Positions 55,497 through 64,000 of a DNA stretch of 64,000 bases are shown piece after piece; positions within the stretch are counted from its first letter, which is position 1, and every line of letters starts with the position of its first letter. The DNA comes from a virus: UHGV virus genome UHGV-0132465; one strand, 5' to 3'. Position numbers and translations under genes: made by a program. A model generated the notes under the pieces. That model had not been told where the DNA came from. It ran no database searches and saw only the letters and a program-made list of their open reading frames with translations.

Positions 55497-55726
55497 TCCT
55501 CCACAACTTCAAGGCCTTTGCCGCCTCGTTCTGGTAGATTACTTAAAGACAGGTAATACGTATAGTCAGGAGAGATCCTGCCAGACTCTGCACCTGCAGC
55601 TAGTAAATCTTTTCCCTTAACCATGACAACATTATCGTTTGCAGATAGCCGTTTTGCTTCCACAATTTTACCAACGCAGTCAACCAAGGAAGGGTACCCT
55701 AAATCTGTAAGAAATTTAACTTTCAT
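55478..55726 (-). CDS. small protein (82 aa), MKVK family
   Basis: MKVKFLTDLGYP ... KDLLAAGA motif. Confidence 0.55.
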   Translation of the reverse strand: MKVKFLTDLGYPSLVDCVGKIVEAKRLSANDNVVMVKGKDLLAAGAESGRISPDYTYYLSLSNLPERGGKGLEVVEEWQVCF

Positions 55727-55765
55727 GCTACCTCCTGCTTTTACCGTCCCTGGTAAGATAAATTA

Positions 55766-56164
55766 TTACTGAACAGATCGCGGAGCTGGGAAGGATAACT
55801 CTTCTAAAGAGAAGATTTCATTTCCCACAATCCATGTTGCCGGATCATCCGGGTTGACTGGATAGATAATCATCACCTCGTCCGTGTTACATACTCGCTT
55901 TTTACCTGTGGAGTTATCAGCAACTAGCATGCGAGGCTCTTCAGAGATACACAAGTATCCACCACGTCCAACTGTCCCTTCTACAGGATCCTGGCCTTTT
56001 ATCACGATGAATATCTTCTCTCCTGAGGTGATATTACCTTGCACACTCACCGTTTGACCAACCTTGGATGTGCCAATCTTAGTGACTTCGAACATTACAT
56101 CACGGATAACTGTTGCATAGTTACCAGAGACTTTCTTACCTTCTTCAGTAATCTCAATCTTCAT
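55766..56164 (-). CDS. hypothetical protein (132 aa)
   Basis: ORF in co-oriented compact block. Confidence 0.5.
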   Translation of the reverse strand: MKIEITEEGKKVSGNYATVIRDVMFEVTKIGTSKVGQTVSVQGNITSGEKIFIVIKGQDPVEGTVGRGGYLCISEEPRMLVADNSTGKKRVCNTDEVMIIYPVNPDDPATWIVGNEIFSLEELSFPAPRSVQ

Positions 56165-56433
56165 AATCTAGGCTCCTTAAATGAATCTATATAGTCAATT
56201 AAATCCCAAGCATCCCTATGACCTGTCAGAGGGTATACTTCTCCAAGAGGGATCATAGCAATAAGCCTATCAAAAACCCAGTCTGGACGCAACATTTTAT
56301 GATGATATTCCCACTCACCTTCCACAGATTTTTTCTGAGTGATCAGAATCTCTGTGTAGTGTTTTGCCTGTCTTGAGTAAATTGAAAATGACTTATACAT
56401 AGATGACCCCCTCTTGTTGAAAACAAAATACAC
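56161..56433 (-). CDS. hypothetical protein (90 aa)
   Basis: ORF, 4-nt overlap. Confidence 0.5.
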   Translation of the reverse strand: MYFVFNKRGSSMYKSFSIYSRQAKHYTEILITQKKSVEGEWEYHHKMLRPDWVFDRLIAMIPLGEVYPLTGHRDAWDLIDYIDSFKEPRL

Positions 56434-56435
56434 TA

Positions 56436-56720
56436 CTACCAGGTCACTGTCAAGTAGGCAACTGTGTTATTTTTCTCCGGGGAGATGCCAACAACATCCA
56501 CCTGCAGACCTCCTGCCCTCAAATCCCCAACGATGTGTGGGAAGTAGTCTGAGAGGTGTGATGGAAGATTTATCGAAAATCCGCATCCCAGAAAGCCTGC
56601 TAACGCCTTATTTTGTATCTCCCCTACAATCGCATCATAAATGGAGTTAAGCTCGTCAGGGAGAGTTACAGGACGTTTTAGCGCTAACTGGTGCAACTTG
56701 TCCTTAGCACTCATTTTCAT
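56436..56720 (-). CDS. hypothetical protein (about 94 aa)
   Basis: start moved to MKMSAKD after GGAGG RBS to abut the upstream gene. Confidence 0.5.
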   Translation of the reverse strand: MKMSAKDKLHQLALKRPVTLPDELNSIYDAIVGEIQNKALAGFLGCGFSINLPSHLSDYFPHIVGDLRAGGLQVDVVGISPEKNNTVAYLTVTW

Positions 56721-57250
56721 TTCAAGTCTGCCTCCGGAGGTGCCAACCACATAAATGGTGGTAGGTCTAAACGGTTCTTCTTGTCCCACACAAAATATGC
56801 ATATGCTTGCCCGTCAGTTCTGCCATTCGATTGGAATGATGGACGCTTAGATATTGTGATCACAGTGGTAGGGGCATTATCAAGCCACCATTCAAATCTG
56901 GCCTTGCTTTCCAGAAAATTAAGACGCAAAAGCATAATAACTACGTCGGCATCTTTCAACGCCTTGTCCACAAACTCACGAGCCAGGCTGTACGGCGGGT
57001 TGGTGATAATACAGTCAACATGGTTGTATTCTGTATTCAGATAGTCAACACCTTCTTGGATTTCTCCCCATGCAGATCCTAACGGCATACGGGAGTAGAA
57101 CACACCTGAGGCGCTATTCCTGCAAGGCTCCAAATAGGTCCAATCTTCTGGGAACGGAATGAGGTCATACAACCCTTCTGCACACCACTCTGGTGTCACA
57201 TATTCATCATAGGCGTTACGTTGTTCGTCAGGTTTTCTAGCACAAGTCAT
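56717..57250 (-). CDS. phage Dam-family DNA N6-adenine methyltransferase
   Basis: YVTPEW...LEPC... then CIITNPPYS (NPPY catalytic motif), size about 177 aa as in small phage Dam proteins. Confidence 0.65.
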   Translation of the reverse strand: MTCARKPDEQRNAYDEYVTPEWCAEGLYDLIPFPEDWTYLEPCRNSASGVFYSRMPLGSAWGEIQEGVDYLNTEYNHVDCIITNPPYSLAREFVDKALKDADVVIMLLRLNFLESKARFEWWLDNAPTTVITISKRPSFQSNGRTDGQAYAYFVWDKKNRLDLPPFMWLAPPEADLK

Positions 57251-57261
57251 GCAAATCTCCA

Positions 57262-57290
57262 GATCATAAAAGCCCTCCGAAGAGGGCTTT
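57262..57290 (-). terminator. candidate intrinsic terminator on minus strand (AAAGCCCTC-UUCG-GAGGGCTTT)
   Basis: 9-bp stem with UUCG loop downstream of the ClpP-like gene. Confidence 0.5.
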
Positions 57291-57301
57291 AAGATTAATG
57301 T

Positions 57302-58351
57302 TTAAGCTTCTTCGATAATTCCTGCGCCCAGGATTTTTTCATTGAGCTCTTTTGCTGTTTTAATAATATTGTCCACCAGACGCTTGCGGGTCTTATCTTT
57401 AACCTGAACTTCTTCACCTCCGTTCAGGGTGGTTTTCAATTGGGACAAAATGTCCTGAAGCTCTACCACAGAGAATCGCTGCAGATCTTCCGAGGTAATC
57501 TCACTCAGTGCAATCTTAACGGTCTCACCACTCTCCATCTGCAGATTCAGGAACACAGTGTGAACATCACCTTTCATACCATTTGCTTTTGCAGACTCAA
57601 CAGCGTGAACCAGCTCGTCCAGAGATGTGCATTGGTGAATCTCTGGCAGGCCTGCTTCGCCTAGCACACCTTCTTCATCACTTTTTGCCAAAAGCTTTTT
57701 CGGTTTCTGCCCATTCTGAATGCGCTGAATGTTTTCATCGTCCAGAATGATAGCACCAGTTCGAGCTGCCAGCTCTTCTCCATCCAACCACACTTCTCCA
57801 CCAGCCGTGATGGATGCGATCTCATCTTCTGTCAGAACCCCACCGTAGTATTTTTCGATCAGGCGTTCAAAACGTTTCTTCCAGTAGTTGACCTGAGTAT
57901 TCATGTTCACACCGTTGCCATAGGTGCCACCTTGATAGTAGTGGAACATAAACTCTGTGTCCGGAGCCACAGTTCGTTCTTTGCAACCCAGCCATAAGAT
58001 TGTTCCTGCTGAGCAGCACATCCCTTCAGCGTGTACAACAACGCTTGCCTGAGACTCGCGGAATGCCTGCAAATACGCCATGGCAATGTGGACGCAACCA
58101 CCAGGGCTGTTAACAATTACACGGATACTTTCTTCCGGCTGTGCCATACGAATTGTTTGCAAACGGGACATATGATCCTGCAAATCATCAAGATCGTCAA
58201 TATAAAGCACGTGGTCAACAACTGGCGTTGGGTAGCTGTATGTTTCCATAATACCACCAGGCATACCAAACATTTTATTACTCATCGGTTCGAAGCCGTT
58301 CTGTTTTTCTTTCATGCCGTGTACCATGGTGCTGCGAGGTGTTAAATTCAT
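57302..58351 (-). CDS. ClpP-family serine peptidase with C-terminal extension
   Basis: VNSPGGCVHIAMAYL and GMCCSAGTIL matching ClpP nucleophile region; 349 aa. Confidence 0.8.
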   Translation of the reverse strand: MNLTPRSTMVHGMKEKQNGFEPMSNKMFGMPGGIMETYSYPTPVVDHVLYIDDLDDLQDHMSRLQTIRMAQPEESIRVIVNSPGGCVHIAMAYLQAFRESQASVVVHAEGMCCSAGTILWLGCKERTVAPDTEFMFHYYQGGTYGNGVNMNTQVNYWKKRFERLIEKYYGGVLTEDEIASITAGGEVWLDGEELAARTGAIILDDENIQRIQNGQKPKKLLAKSDEEGVLGEAGLPEIHQCTSLDELVHAVESAKANGMKGDVHTVFLNLQMESGETVKIALSEITSEDLQRFSVVELQDILSQLKTTLNGGEEVQVKDKTRKRLVDNIIKTAKELNEKILGAGIIEEA

Positions 58352-58411
58352 GTGAGGTCCTTAATGTTGGAAAGTTAAAAGCGATCTATTTAAACCTGAT
58401 TCTCATTTACT

Positions 58412-58723
58412 TTATTTAGCAATTACCATGGAATACTTACAATTGTCAGAAGCATCACAGGTCAACGATTGCCAGTCTACCACATACCACGTGTCATTGT
58501 CAACAATTACTTTATCCCCTGTTCTGTAAAATGTGTTGCTTTCAATAACACGGGACTCAGTGAAGAATCGGTGTCTTCGCTCACGTAGTAGCGCCAAGTT
58601 GATTATGTTACCACCGCTGTCCTTAATCCACACATTCTTGTATCCTTTGTTTGCCAAAATTGTCTCACCGTTATAGACAAATAGGCAGTATATCTTATTC
58701 AGTCTCTCTTGTATTGTAGCCAT
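58412..58723 (-). CDS. hypothetical protein (103 aa)
   Basis: ORF with AAGGAG RBS and own promoter. Confidence 0.5.
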   Translation of the reverse strand: MATIQERLNKIYCLFVYNGETILANKGYKNVWIKDSGGNIINLALLRERRHRFFTESRVIESNTFYRTGDKVIVDNDTWYVVDWQSLTCDASDNCKYSMVIAK

Positions 58724-58748
58724 ACTGTCATTCTCCTTGTTTTGTTCG

Positions 58749-58777
58749 ATAATACCTAAAACTTATCTGTTTGTCAA
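58749..58777 (-). promoter_or_regulatory. sigma70-like promoter on minus strand (TTGACA-17-TATTAT)
   Basis: consensus hexamers about 25 nt upstream of the 58723 start. Confidence 0.55.
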
Positions 58778-58822
58778 TAATTGTTTTAGATATTTAAGGG
58801 TGGAATAACCACCCTTTTTGTA

Positions 58823-59611
58823 TTACTCGGAAACAGGCGTCCAAATATGATTTGCACGATCCTTAATAAGATTGAGTGCAATCTGACGACCCAACCCGGA
58901 ACGAACGACATCATCTGGGCTATCAAAGCTAATCATCCCAACCTCAGGATCTGGATGACGAGTAAAGAAATCCGTTACCCATGCAAGCCCAGACTTACCA
59001 GGGATGTCACGTTGGCTATTATCACCCATGATTACAAGTGTGGCCTGATCAGAGATCCTTGTGATAATTGACAACATCTCTTCAGGGTTAGTTTGCTGTG
59101 CCTCGTCAATTAGGACAAAGCATCGCTCATCGAAACTACGACCACGAATGCTTTCAACTTCACAGATCTCGATACGACTGTTCTGACCATCTCCCAGCAT
59201 TGCGGCAAAAGCACCTTTGCCAACACGACGACAAATCGTGTCCATCATGCTTCGGAGATAGGGCCACAGTTTCTGCATTGCGTTTCCAGGTTTAAACCCT
59301 GAAGTCTTTCCTGTCTGAACGTAAGGGCGTGCAACAATGATCTTATCAATCTCGTTCTTACGCAAAAGATCACCTGCATATGCGGATGCCATGAATGTCT
59401 TACCGGATCCAAACACACCGTTTACAATAATAATCTTACGCGATCCTAGATAATCAAGATACTTTTGCTGCTTTTTGTTCATTGGTCTGAGAGCTGGAGC
59501 TGTGTGCTCTCGTTCGTCAGCAAATTTCTCAGCAGCCTTACGCAGACGATCAGATTTGCGAGCCTCTTTGGCTTCATCACGCATGCGTTTTGTTTCTTTA
59601 GCTCGACCCAT
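58823..59611 (-). CDS. phoH: PhoH-like ATPase
   Basis: Walker A GVFGSGKTF, Walker B CFVLIDEAQ, LVIMGDNSQ; 262 aa. Confidence 0.9.
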   Translation of the reverse strand: MGRAKETKRMRDEAKEARKSDRLRKAAEKFADEREHTAPALRPMNKKQQKYLDYLGSRKIIIVNGVFGSGKTFMASAYAGDLLRKNEIDKIIVARPYVQTGKTSGFKPGNAMQKLWPYLRSMMDTICRRVGKGAFAAMLGDGQNSRIEICEVESIRGRSFDERCFVLIDEAQQTNPEEMLSIITRISDQATLVIMGDNSQRDIPGKSGLAWVTDFFTRHPDPEVGMISFDSPDDVVRSGLGRQIALNLIKDRANHIWTPVSE

Positions 59612-59649
59612 GTTGGGACTCCTTTCAGATTGAGATGTGTCAAGAACTT

Positions 59650-60000
59650 CTACTGCAACAGTTTTTCAATAGCCGCTTCCATGCTGCTTGCAACAGCCTG
59701 AACTCGGATATTCATCTCTTCTTGGCGGATCAGCTCCTTAAGCTCTTTAACGGTGAATTCTTTGGAGAAACCTTCCACCATAATCTTGTGCAAGGCTTCT
59801 TGCGTGTCTACTTGCAAGAACTTTTCCAGTTTGTTGGCAGAGGCCTCTAAATCGGCCCGAATACGTGGGTCATCTGTTCGGTTCAGCATTAGGCGTAAGC
59901 CATCAAGATTGGTAGAAATAGCGTCTGCATGTTGAGTAACCAACCGTGGCAAAATGAGATCTACAAACTTACTGGCTAAATCAATACGCTCTTGTGTCAC
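59650..60000 (-). CDS. hypothetical protein (116 aa)
   Basis: ORF (GTG start) in co-oriented block. Confidence 0.45.
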   Translation of the reverse strand: MTQERIDLASKFVDLILPRLVTQHADAISTNLDGLRLMLNRTDDPRIRADLEASANKLEKFLQVDTQEALHKIMVEGFSKEFTVKELKELIRQEEMNIRVQAVASSMEAAIEKLLQ

Positions 60001-60172
60001 TGTTGCACCCCCTCTTCATCTCCATGATATTTCTTTTCACGCTTGTGTTTTTTCTTAAGCTCAAGCGCAATCTCTTTCTTGTACGCCTTCTTCAAGGCTT
60101 TTTTAGCCATTTGGCACCTCCTCTGCTTTCATTACGATAATTATAACCAACTTACCAAAGCTTTGTCAACGA

Positions 60173-60646
60173 TTAGTCAACCTGAACCCAACCGCCTGCT
60201 ACCTTTTTAAACATTCTTTGGTTATCGCTGCCTCGGAATGGTTTCTTTGTTGGTAAATCTTTTACATACTTGCCATCAATGATGATATCAGCCAGCTCAA
60301 GAACATCACTAGAGATATGCTCAAATGTGAACCCAGTATACACAAGAATAGTTTTCTTGTCACCAAACTTTTCCTTAATTCTCCTCATAAGTTTAATAAT
60401 ACCGGGCTCATTATACGTAGCCAAAGGCTCTCCACCAAGCAAAGAAATACCGCATATAGATTCATTGTCTAAATCTGACAAAATTCTCTGCAAATCTTCT
60501 TCGGTGAATTCTCTTCCCTTATCTTTTGACCAAAATGCTTGATTAAAGCAACCAGGACAAGCGTGTGGGCACCCAGATACCCACAAGGCCGTCCTGAGAC
60601 CTGGCCCTTCGGTGTAGGATATTTCTGTGTATCCGACAATATTCAT
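60173..60646 (-). CDS. nrdG: anaerobic ribonucleotide reductase activating protein (radical SAM)
   Basis: GPGLRTALWVSGCPHACPGCFN cluster, GGEPL, YTG, RGS.NQ matching E. coli NrdG. Confidence 0.9.
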   Translation of the reverse strand: MNIVGYTEISYTEGPGLRTALWVSGCPHACPGCFNQAFWSKDKGREFTEEDLQRILSDLDNESICGISLLGGEPLATYNEPGIIKLMRRIKEKFGDKKTILVYTGFTFEHISSDVLELADIIIDGKYVKDLPTKKPFRGSDNQRMFKKVAGGWVQVD

Positions 60647-60759
60647 AAGTACTCCGCATCACATTTAGGACAATGCCAAATAAAATCGTCCAGTGCCTTG
60701 CACCAACGAAGATTGCAATGACAACCACACTTGCAAATTTTATAAATACCTGACGACAT
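60643..60759 (-). CDS. small zinc-ribbon protein (38 aa) between nrdD and nrdG
   Basis: ATG after AGGAGGTG RBS; CKCGCHC ... CPKC cysteines; stop overlaps nrdG start (ATGA); below ORF-track cutoff. Confidence 0.45.
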   Translation of the reverse strand: MSSGIYKICKCGCHCNLRWCKALDDFIWHCPKCDAEYL

Positions 60760-60822
60760 ACTGCACCTCCTAGTTTACTGTGTAACAACAATATGCCACA
60801 TCCTTGTGGCTTTTGTCAAGTA

Positions 60823-62946
60823 TCAGCAACCACAGCTTCCGTAGTGCTTAACCCGTTCTATAACTTCCGCTTGCTTACCTTTGTTGTAAGGTCGGGAGTT
60901 TGGACTGGACAGATACCCAGATACACGTCTAATCACACTGATCGTTCCATCTTCATGGTTTCCGCACTCTGGGCATACAAAGCCTTTAGCTGTTGCACTG
61001 AACTCACCAGAGAATCCACACTTAAGACATTTATCCACAGGTTGGTTAATACCAAAATACATAATGTGTTTATACCCGAAATCGACAAGGGATTCCAAAG
61101 CATCCAGGTTGTTTTTCAGGTTAGGTGTTTCTATGTATCCAATGTTGCCGCCAGAAGAGATCATAGCAAAACCTTCCTCATACTTCCACTTGTCAAAAGG
61201 TGAGCTATTGATCCACACGGGTTGGTGGAAACTGTTGGTAAGGTATTCGTGCTCGTGCTTCAACACTTCAGGATATTCACGATCTAGACATGTTGCAGCC
61301 TTATAGCACAAGCTCTCTGAAGGAGTGCCGTACAAGCTGAATGCCAGACCACTTTCTTTTTTGTACCGATCACAAGCGTCTTTCATGTGTTGAAGGATCC
61401 CAAGAGCTAAGGACTTGTCTCCCTCTCTGCCTAAAATCTGGCAGGTTTCATACACACCAATATACCCAATACTTATGGAAGCATACCCGTCATAGAAGAG
61501 TTTATCAATACTCTCTTCAGGATCCAGGCGAGCAAGGGCCCCTTCACACCACATGATGGGGTTCTGCCCTGCCTTTGTTCCTTTTAGACGGTTAACCCTT
61601 ACAAGGTGAGCCTCGTATGCCAGATCCAAGTACTCGTCAAGAACTGCAAAGAAATCAACACCTTCCGTTTTAGCTTTTGCCGCAATCATTGGTAGGTTAA
61701 GGCTAACAACACCTAAGTTGAATCTGCCAAGGTATTTCTCCTCTCCTGTTTCCAAGTCATTGTATTTGCTAAGAAAACTCCGGCAACCCATGCTTGTGAC
61801 ATTACCTTCTGTTGAACCTGTCACTTTTCTATTTAGTGGTACAGATACGAAGTCAGGATAAATCCGCTCTGCAGAGCATTCCAGAGCTAATCGTTTCAAA
61901 TCATAGTTAGGATCCCCGGGGTTCATGTTGATACCCTCCTCCAGGAAGAACAGCACCTTAGGGAACACAGGTGTGATACGTTCTTCACCAAGACCCATTT
62001 TGTGGACTTTCAGGTAGTTTTTGGTAATCATTCTACCAAAGATTGAGGTATCCAGTCCTAAACTTAATGTGATGAATGGGGTTTGCCCGTTGACAGAAGT
62101 TAACGTATTGATTTGGTATAGCAAAGTTTGCATACTATCAAACACGTCTTTATCCGTCATTTGCATTGCAACAGTCTCAGCATCAGGCAACCATTGTTCC
62201 TGACAAAATTTAAGATTCTTCTCATAGGTTGCTTCAGCATACTGCGCCAGATAATGATCAATATGGCTCATGGTCTGACCACCATATTGAGCACTAGCTA
62301 CTGCACTAGAGATTTGGCTGAGGATTGTTGTTGCAACCCCTATTGACTTCGGCTTACTGACATGGGCGTTGCCAATGTTGAATCCGTTTTCCAGCATATC
62401 CGGATAATTCACCAAACAACAGTTTGTTAACGGACTGATCAGATAGTCAAGATCATGCACATGGATGAATCCCTTGTTGTGCTCTTCGGAGACACGATCT
62501 GGCAGTATCTGTGTTGATGCAAGGTGTTTGCTAAGGATACCTGCAAGCAGGTCACGATGAGTATGTACATGATTAGTGGGCTTATTTGCGTTTTCTTTTG
62601 TAAATTCATCACAAGTTCGATCCAAGAAGCCACTAATATCTGCAAGCAGTTTTCCACCTGCCTCTCTGTTATTATCTCTTGTCTGTCTATACTGGATATA
62701 TTCTCTGGCTGCACATTTTAAACCCATATCCATAAGAGCATCTTCAACAAGGATATGGATATTTTTTACAGAGATCGTGCACTGGTCGGTTGGTAGATTG
62801 TTGGCAACAACTTCATTAACCGCACAAGCGATCCGGTAAGCTTCTTCTTCAGTATGCCCAGATTCAAGTAAGGCGGACTCTGCCGCCTTGATTACCTTAA
62901 CTCCGTTATAGACCTCTTCTCTACCGTCCCGTTTTACAACTTTCAC
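60823..62946 (-). CDS. nrdD: anaerobic ribonucleoside-triphosphate reductase (class III)
   Basis: N-terminal ATP-cone MKVVKRDGREE; C-terminal CxxC zinc site and glycyl-radical motif RRVSGYL. Confidence 0.9.
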   Translation of the reverse strand: MKVVKRDGREEVYNGVKVIKAAESALLESGHTEEEAYRIACAVNEVVANNLPTDQCTISVKNIHILVEDALMDMGLKCAAREYIQYRQTRDNNREAGGKLLADISGFLDRTCDEFTKENANKPTNHVHTHRDLLAGILSKHLASTQILPDRVSEEHNKGFIHVHDLDYLISPLTNCCLVNYPDMLENGFNIGNAHVSKPKSIGVATTILSQISSAVASAQYGGQTMSHIDHYLAQYAEATYEKNLKFCQEQWLPDAETVAMQMTDKDVFDSMQTLLYQINTLTSVNGQTPFITLSLGLDTSIFGRMITKNYLKVHKMGLGEERITPVFPKVLFFLEEGINMNPGDPNYDLKRLALECSAERIYPDFVSVPLNRKVTGSTEGNVTSMGCRSFLSKYNDLETGEEKYLGRFNLGVVSLNLPMIAAKAKTEGVDFFAVLDEYLDLAYEAHLVRVNRLKGTKAGQNPIMWCEGALARLDPEESIDKLFYDGYASISIGYIGVYETCQILGREGDKSLALGILQHMKDACDRYKKESGLAFSLYGTPSESLCYKAATCLDREYPEVLKHEHEYLTNSFHQPVWINSSPFDKWKYEEGFAMISSGGNIGYIETPNLKNNLDALESLVDFGYKHIMYFGINQPVDKCLKCGFSGEFSATAKGFVCPECGNHEDGTISVIRRVSGYLSSPNSRPYNKGKQAEVIERVKHYGSCGC

Positions 62947-63221
62947 TTTTTCTCTCCAAAACCATTCTTAACAAAAGAGATGAAATCGTCAGCACCACCT
63001 ATGTGGACACTATCAAGGTTGCTTTCCAAGAAGATCTGAGGCAACGTTCTGGGAACAAATGGACTACACTTCTCAATAAGCTCTTCTTTTGTGTATCCTT
63101 CACCGAGCGTCTTGTATACGAAAGGTATACCTTTGCTTGCTGCAAATTCTTTTGCTCTTACACAATGTGGGCAGTTATCCTTACCGTAGATGATAATGAA
63201 AAAAGATTTTTCACAGCTCAT
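62943..63221 (-). CDS. glutaredoxin / NrdH-like redoxin
   Basis: CPHC active site in IYGKDNCPHCVRAKE; 92 aa; adjacent to RNR genes. Confidence 0.75.
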   Translation of the reverse strand: MSCEKSFFIIIYGKDNCPHCVRAKEFAASKGIPFVYKTLGEGYTKEELIEKCSPFVPRTLPQIFLESNLDSVHIGGADDFISFVKNGFGEKK

Positions 63222-63224
63222 GTA

Positions 63225-64000
63225 TTAAAACTCCCAAATTTCTTCTTCAGCGTCATTAACAGTTGTGTTGACGCGATAGTCGGTGTTAGACATTTCCTGG
63301 TTAGCCGTCTGTTGCAGTGAAGGTTTCATCCACACCTGCATAAACGGTAACGGGTCTTTTGTTGGCGGCACAAAGTCTTTGTCGATGTTATAGTAATCAT
63401 AAATCGGTGAACAGTTATAGTCAACCCATTCTTTAAGTAATGGTGAGTTAAGCCCTATAATCGCCCTTCCTTCGCTGAAAATATAGTCACTCCAACCGTA
63501 CTCCTTGATCCGTACTTCGTCAAGAATCTCTTTTAACTCTCCCTTAATCTCAAGAAAGCTTTGCTCCCATGTAGGATCATCAAGCAGGATATCGATGATA
63601 GCAAAATCACCTTTCGAATGCAGCATCTCATCAAGCATAATTTTTTGAACGAGTTGTGCAACTTGAACAAAAATACCTTGCTCAGCTACTGCGAACGTAC
63701 ATGCAAAACTTGCAATAAACTCAATACTCTCTAGAGCTAAAAGTGCAAAAAGTGCTCTAAGGATACATTTCCGTACAACATCTTCTTCAACACTGGAAGG
63801 ATCCAGTCGGTATTTTGCACCAATAACCTCAAGCTCTTGCATATATTTGACAATAACTCCAGACCTGCTTAGCACGTTCTGGTTTTCCTGAATCTCTTCT
63901 ATAATCTCACGAGCATTAGGAAGGCATTGTCTAACAATCTCTGAGTAAGTTAGTGCATGAAGAACCTCGATCTCAGACTGCTTCATCAACAAGGTGAAAA
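63225..64000 (-). CDS. nrdB: class I ribonucleotide reductase small subunit, C-terminal part (gene continues beyond window end)
   Basis: LESIEFIASFA...DE..H di-iron/ferritin-like pattern; ORF open to window edge, so the ORF-track M at 63992 is probably internal. Confidence 0.7.
   Translation of the reverse strand, partial: FTLLMKQSEIEVLHALTYSEIVRQCLPNAREIIEEIQENQNVLSRSGVIVKYMQELEVIGAKYRLDPSSVEEDVVRKCILRALFALLALESIEFIASFACTFAVAEQGIFVQVAQLVQKIMLDEMLHSKGDFAIIDILLDDPTWEQSFLEIKGELKEILDEVRIKEYGWSDYIFSEGRAIIGLNSPLLKEWVDYNCSPIYDYYNIDKDFVPPTKDPLPFMQVWMKPSLQQTANQEMSNTDYRVNTTVNDAEEEIWEF

Noticed and set aside
60000-60111. 37-aa Lys-rich micro-ORF with GGAGGTG RBS on the minus strand
   Set aside because: Plausible, but highly basic low-complexity sequence and no structural motif; left out of the feature list as too uncertain.
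1-64000. tRNA genes and CRISPR arrays
   Set aside because: No cloverleaf-compatible segment with a GTTCNANTC T-loop signature was seen in the intergenic regions; the repeat families found are irregular in spacing and lack constant-length spacers.

Overview
The window reads as a contiguous segment of a large virulent, enterobacteria-type phage genome, with no rRNA, tRNA, CRISPR or transposon signatures found. It has four co-oriented gene blocks: a minus-strand block (1-6915), a plus-strand block (7058-31520), a plus-strand array of small monocistronic genes (32542-42578) and a minus-strand block (45085-64000, running off the window). Recognisable products are rIIA/rIIB, a Dda-like helicase, a primase-helicase, a family A DNA polymerase, anaerobic and aerobic ribonucleotide reductase components (NrdD, NrdG, partial NrdB, glutaredoxin), PhoH, a ClpP-like protease, two DNA methyltransferase candidates, a ribosome hibernation factor homologue, a SleB-like cell-wall hydrolase, a MoxR-type ATPase, a metallopeptidase-vWA protein, an SSB-tailed protein and a TARG1/DarG-like macrodomain. 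The most unusual content is (i) the macrodomain as a candidate counter-defence against DNA ADP-ribosylation, (ii) the split MoxR / vWA-peptidase pair, (iii) an array of about 25 small genes each with its own sigma70-like promoter and a conserved 5'-UTR stem-loop, and (iv) repeat-rich non-coding regions at 31.5-32.5 kb and 42.6-45.1 kb that look like origin, terminus or ncRNA loci. All protein calls rest on motif recognition by eye and many start codons are chosen by RBS inspection; no database search was run.
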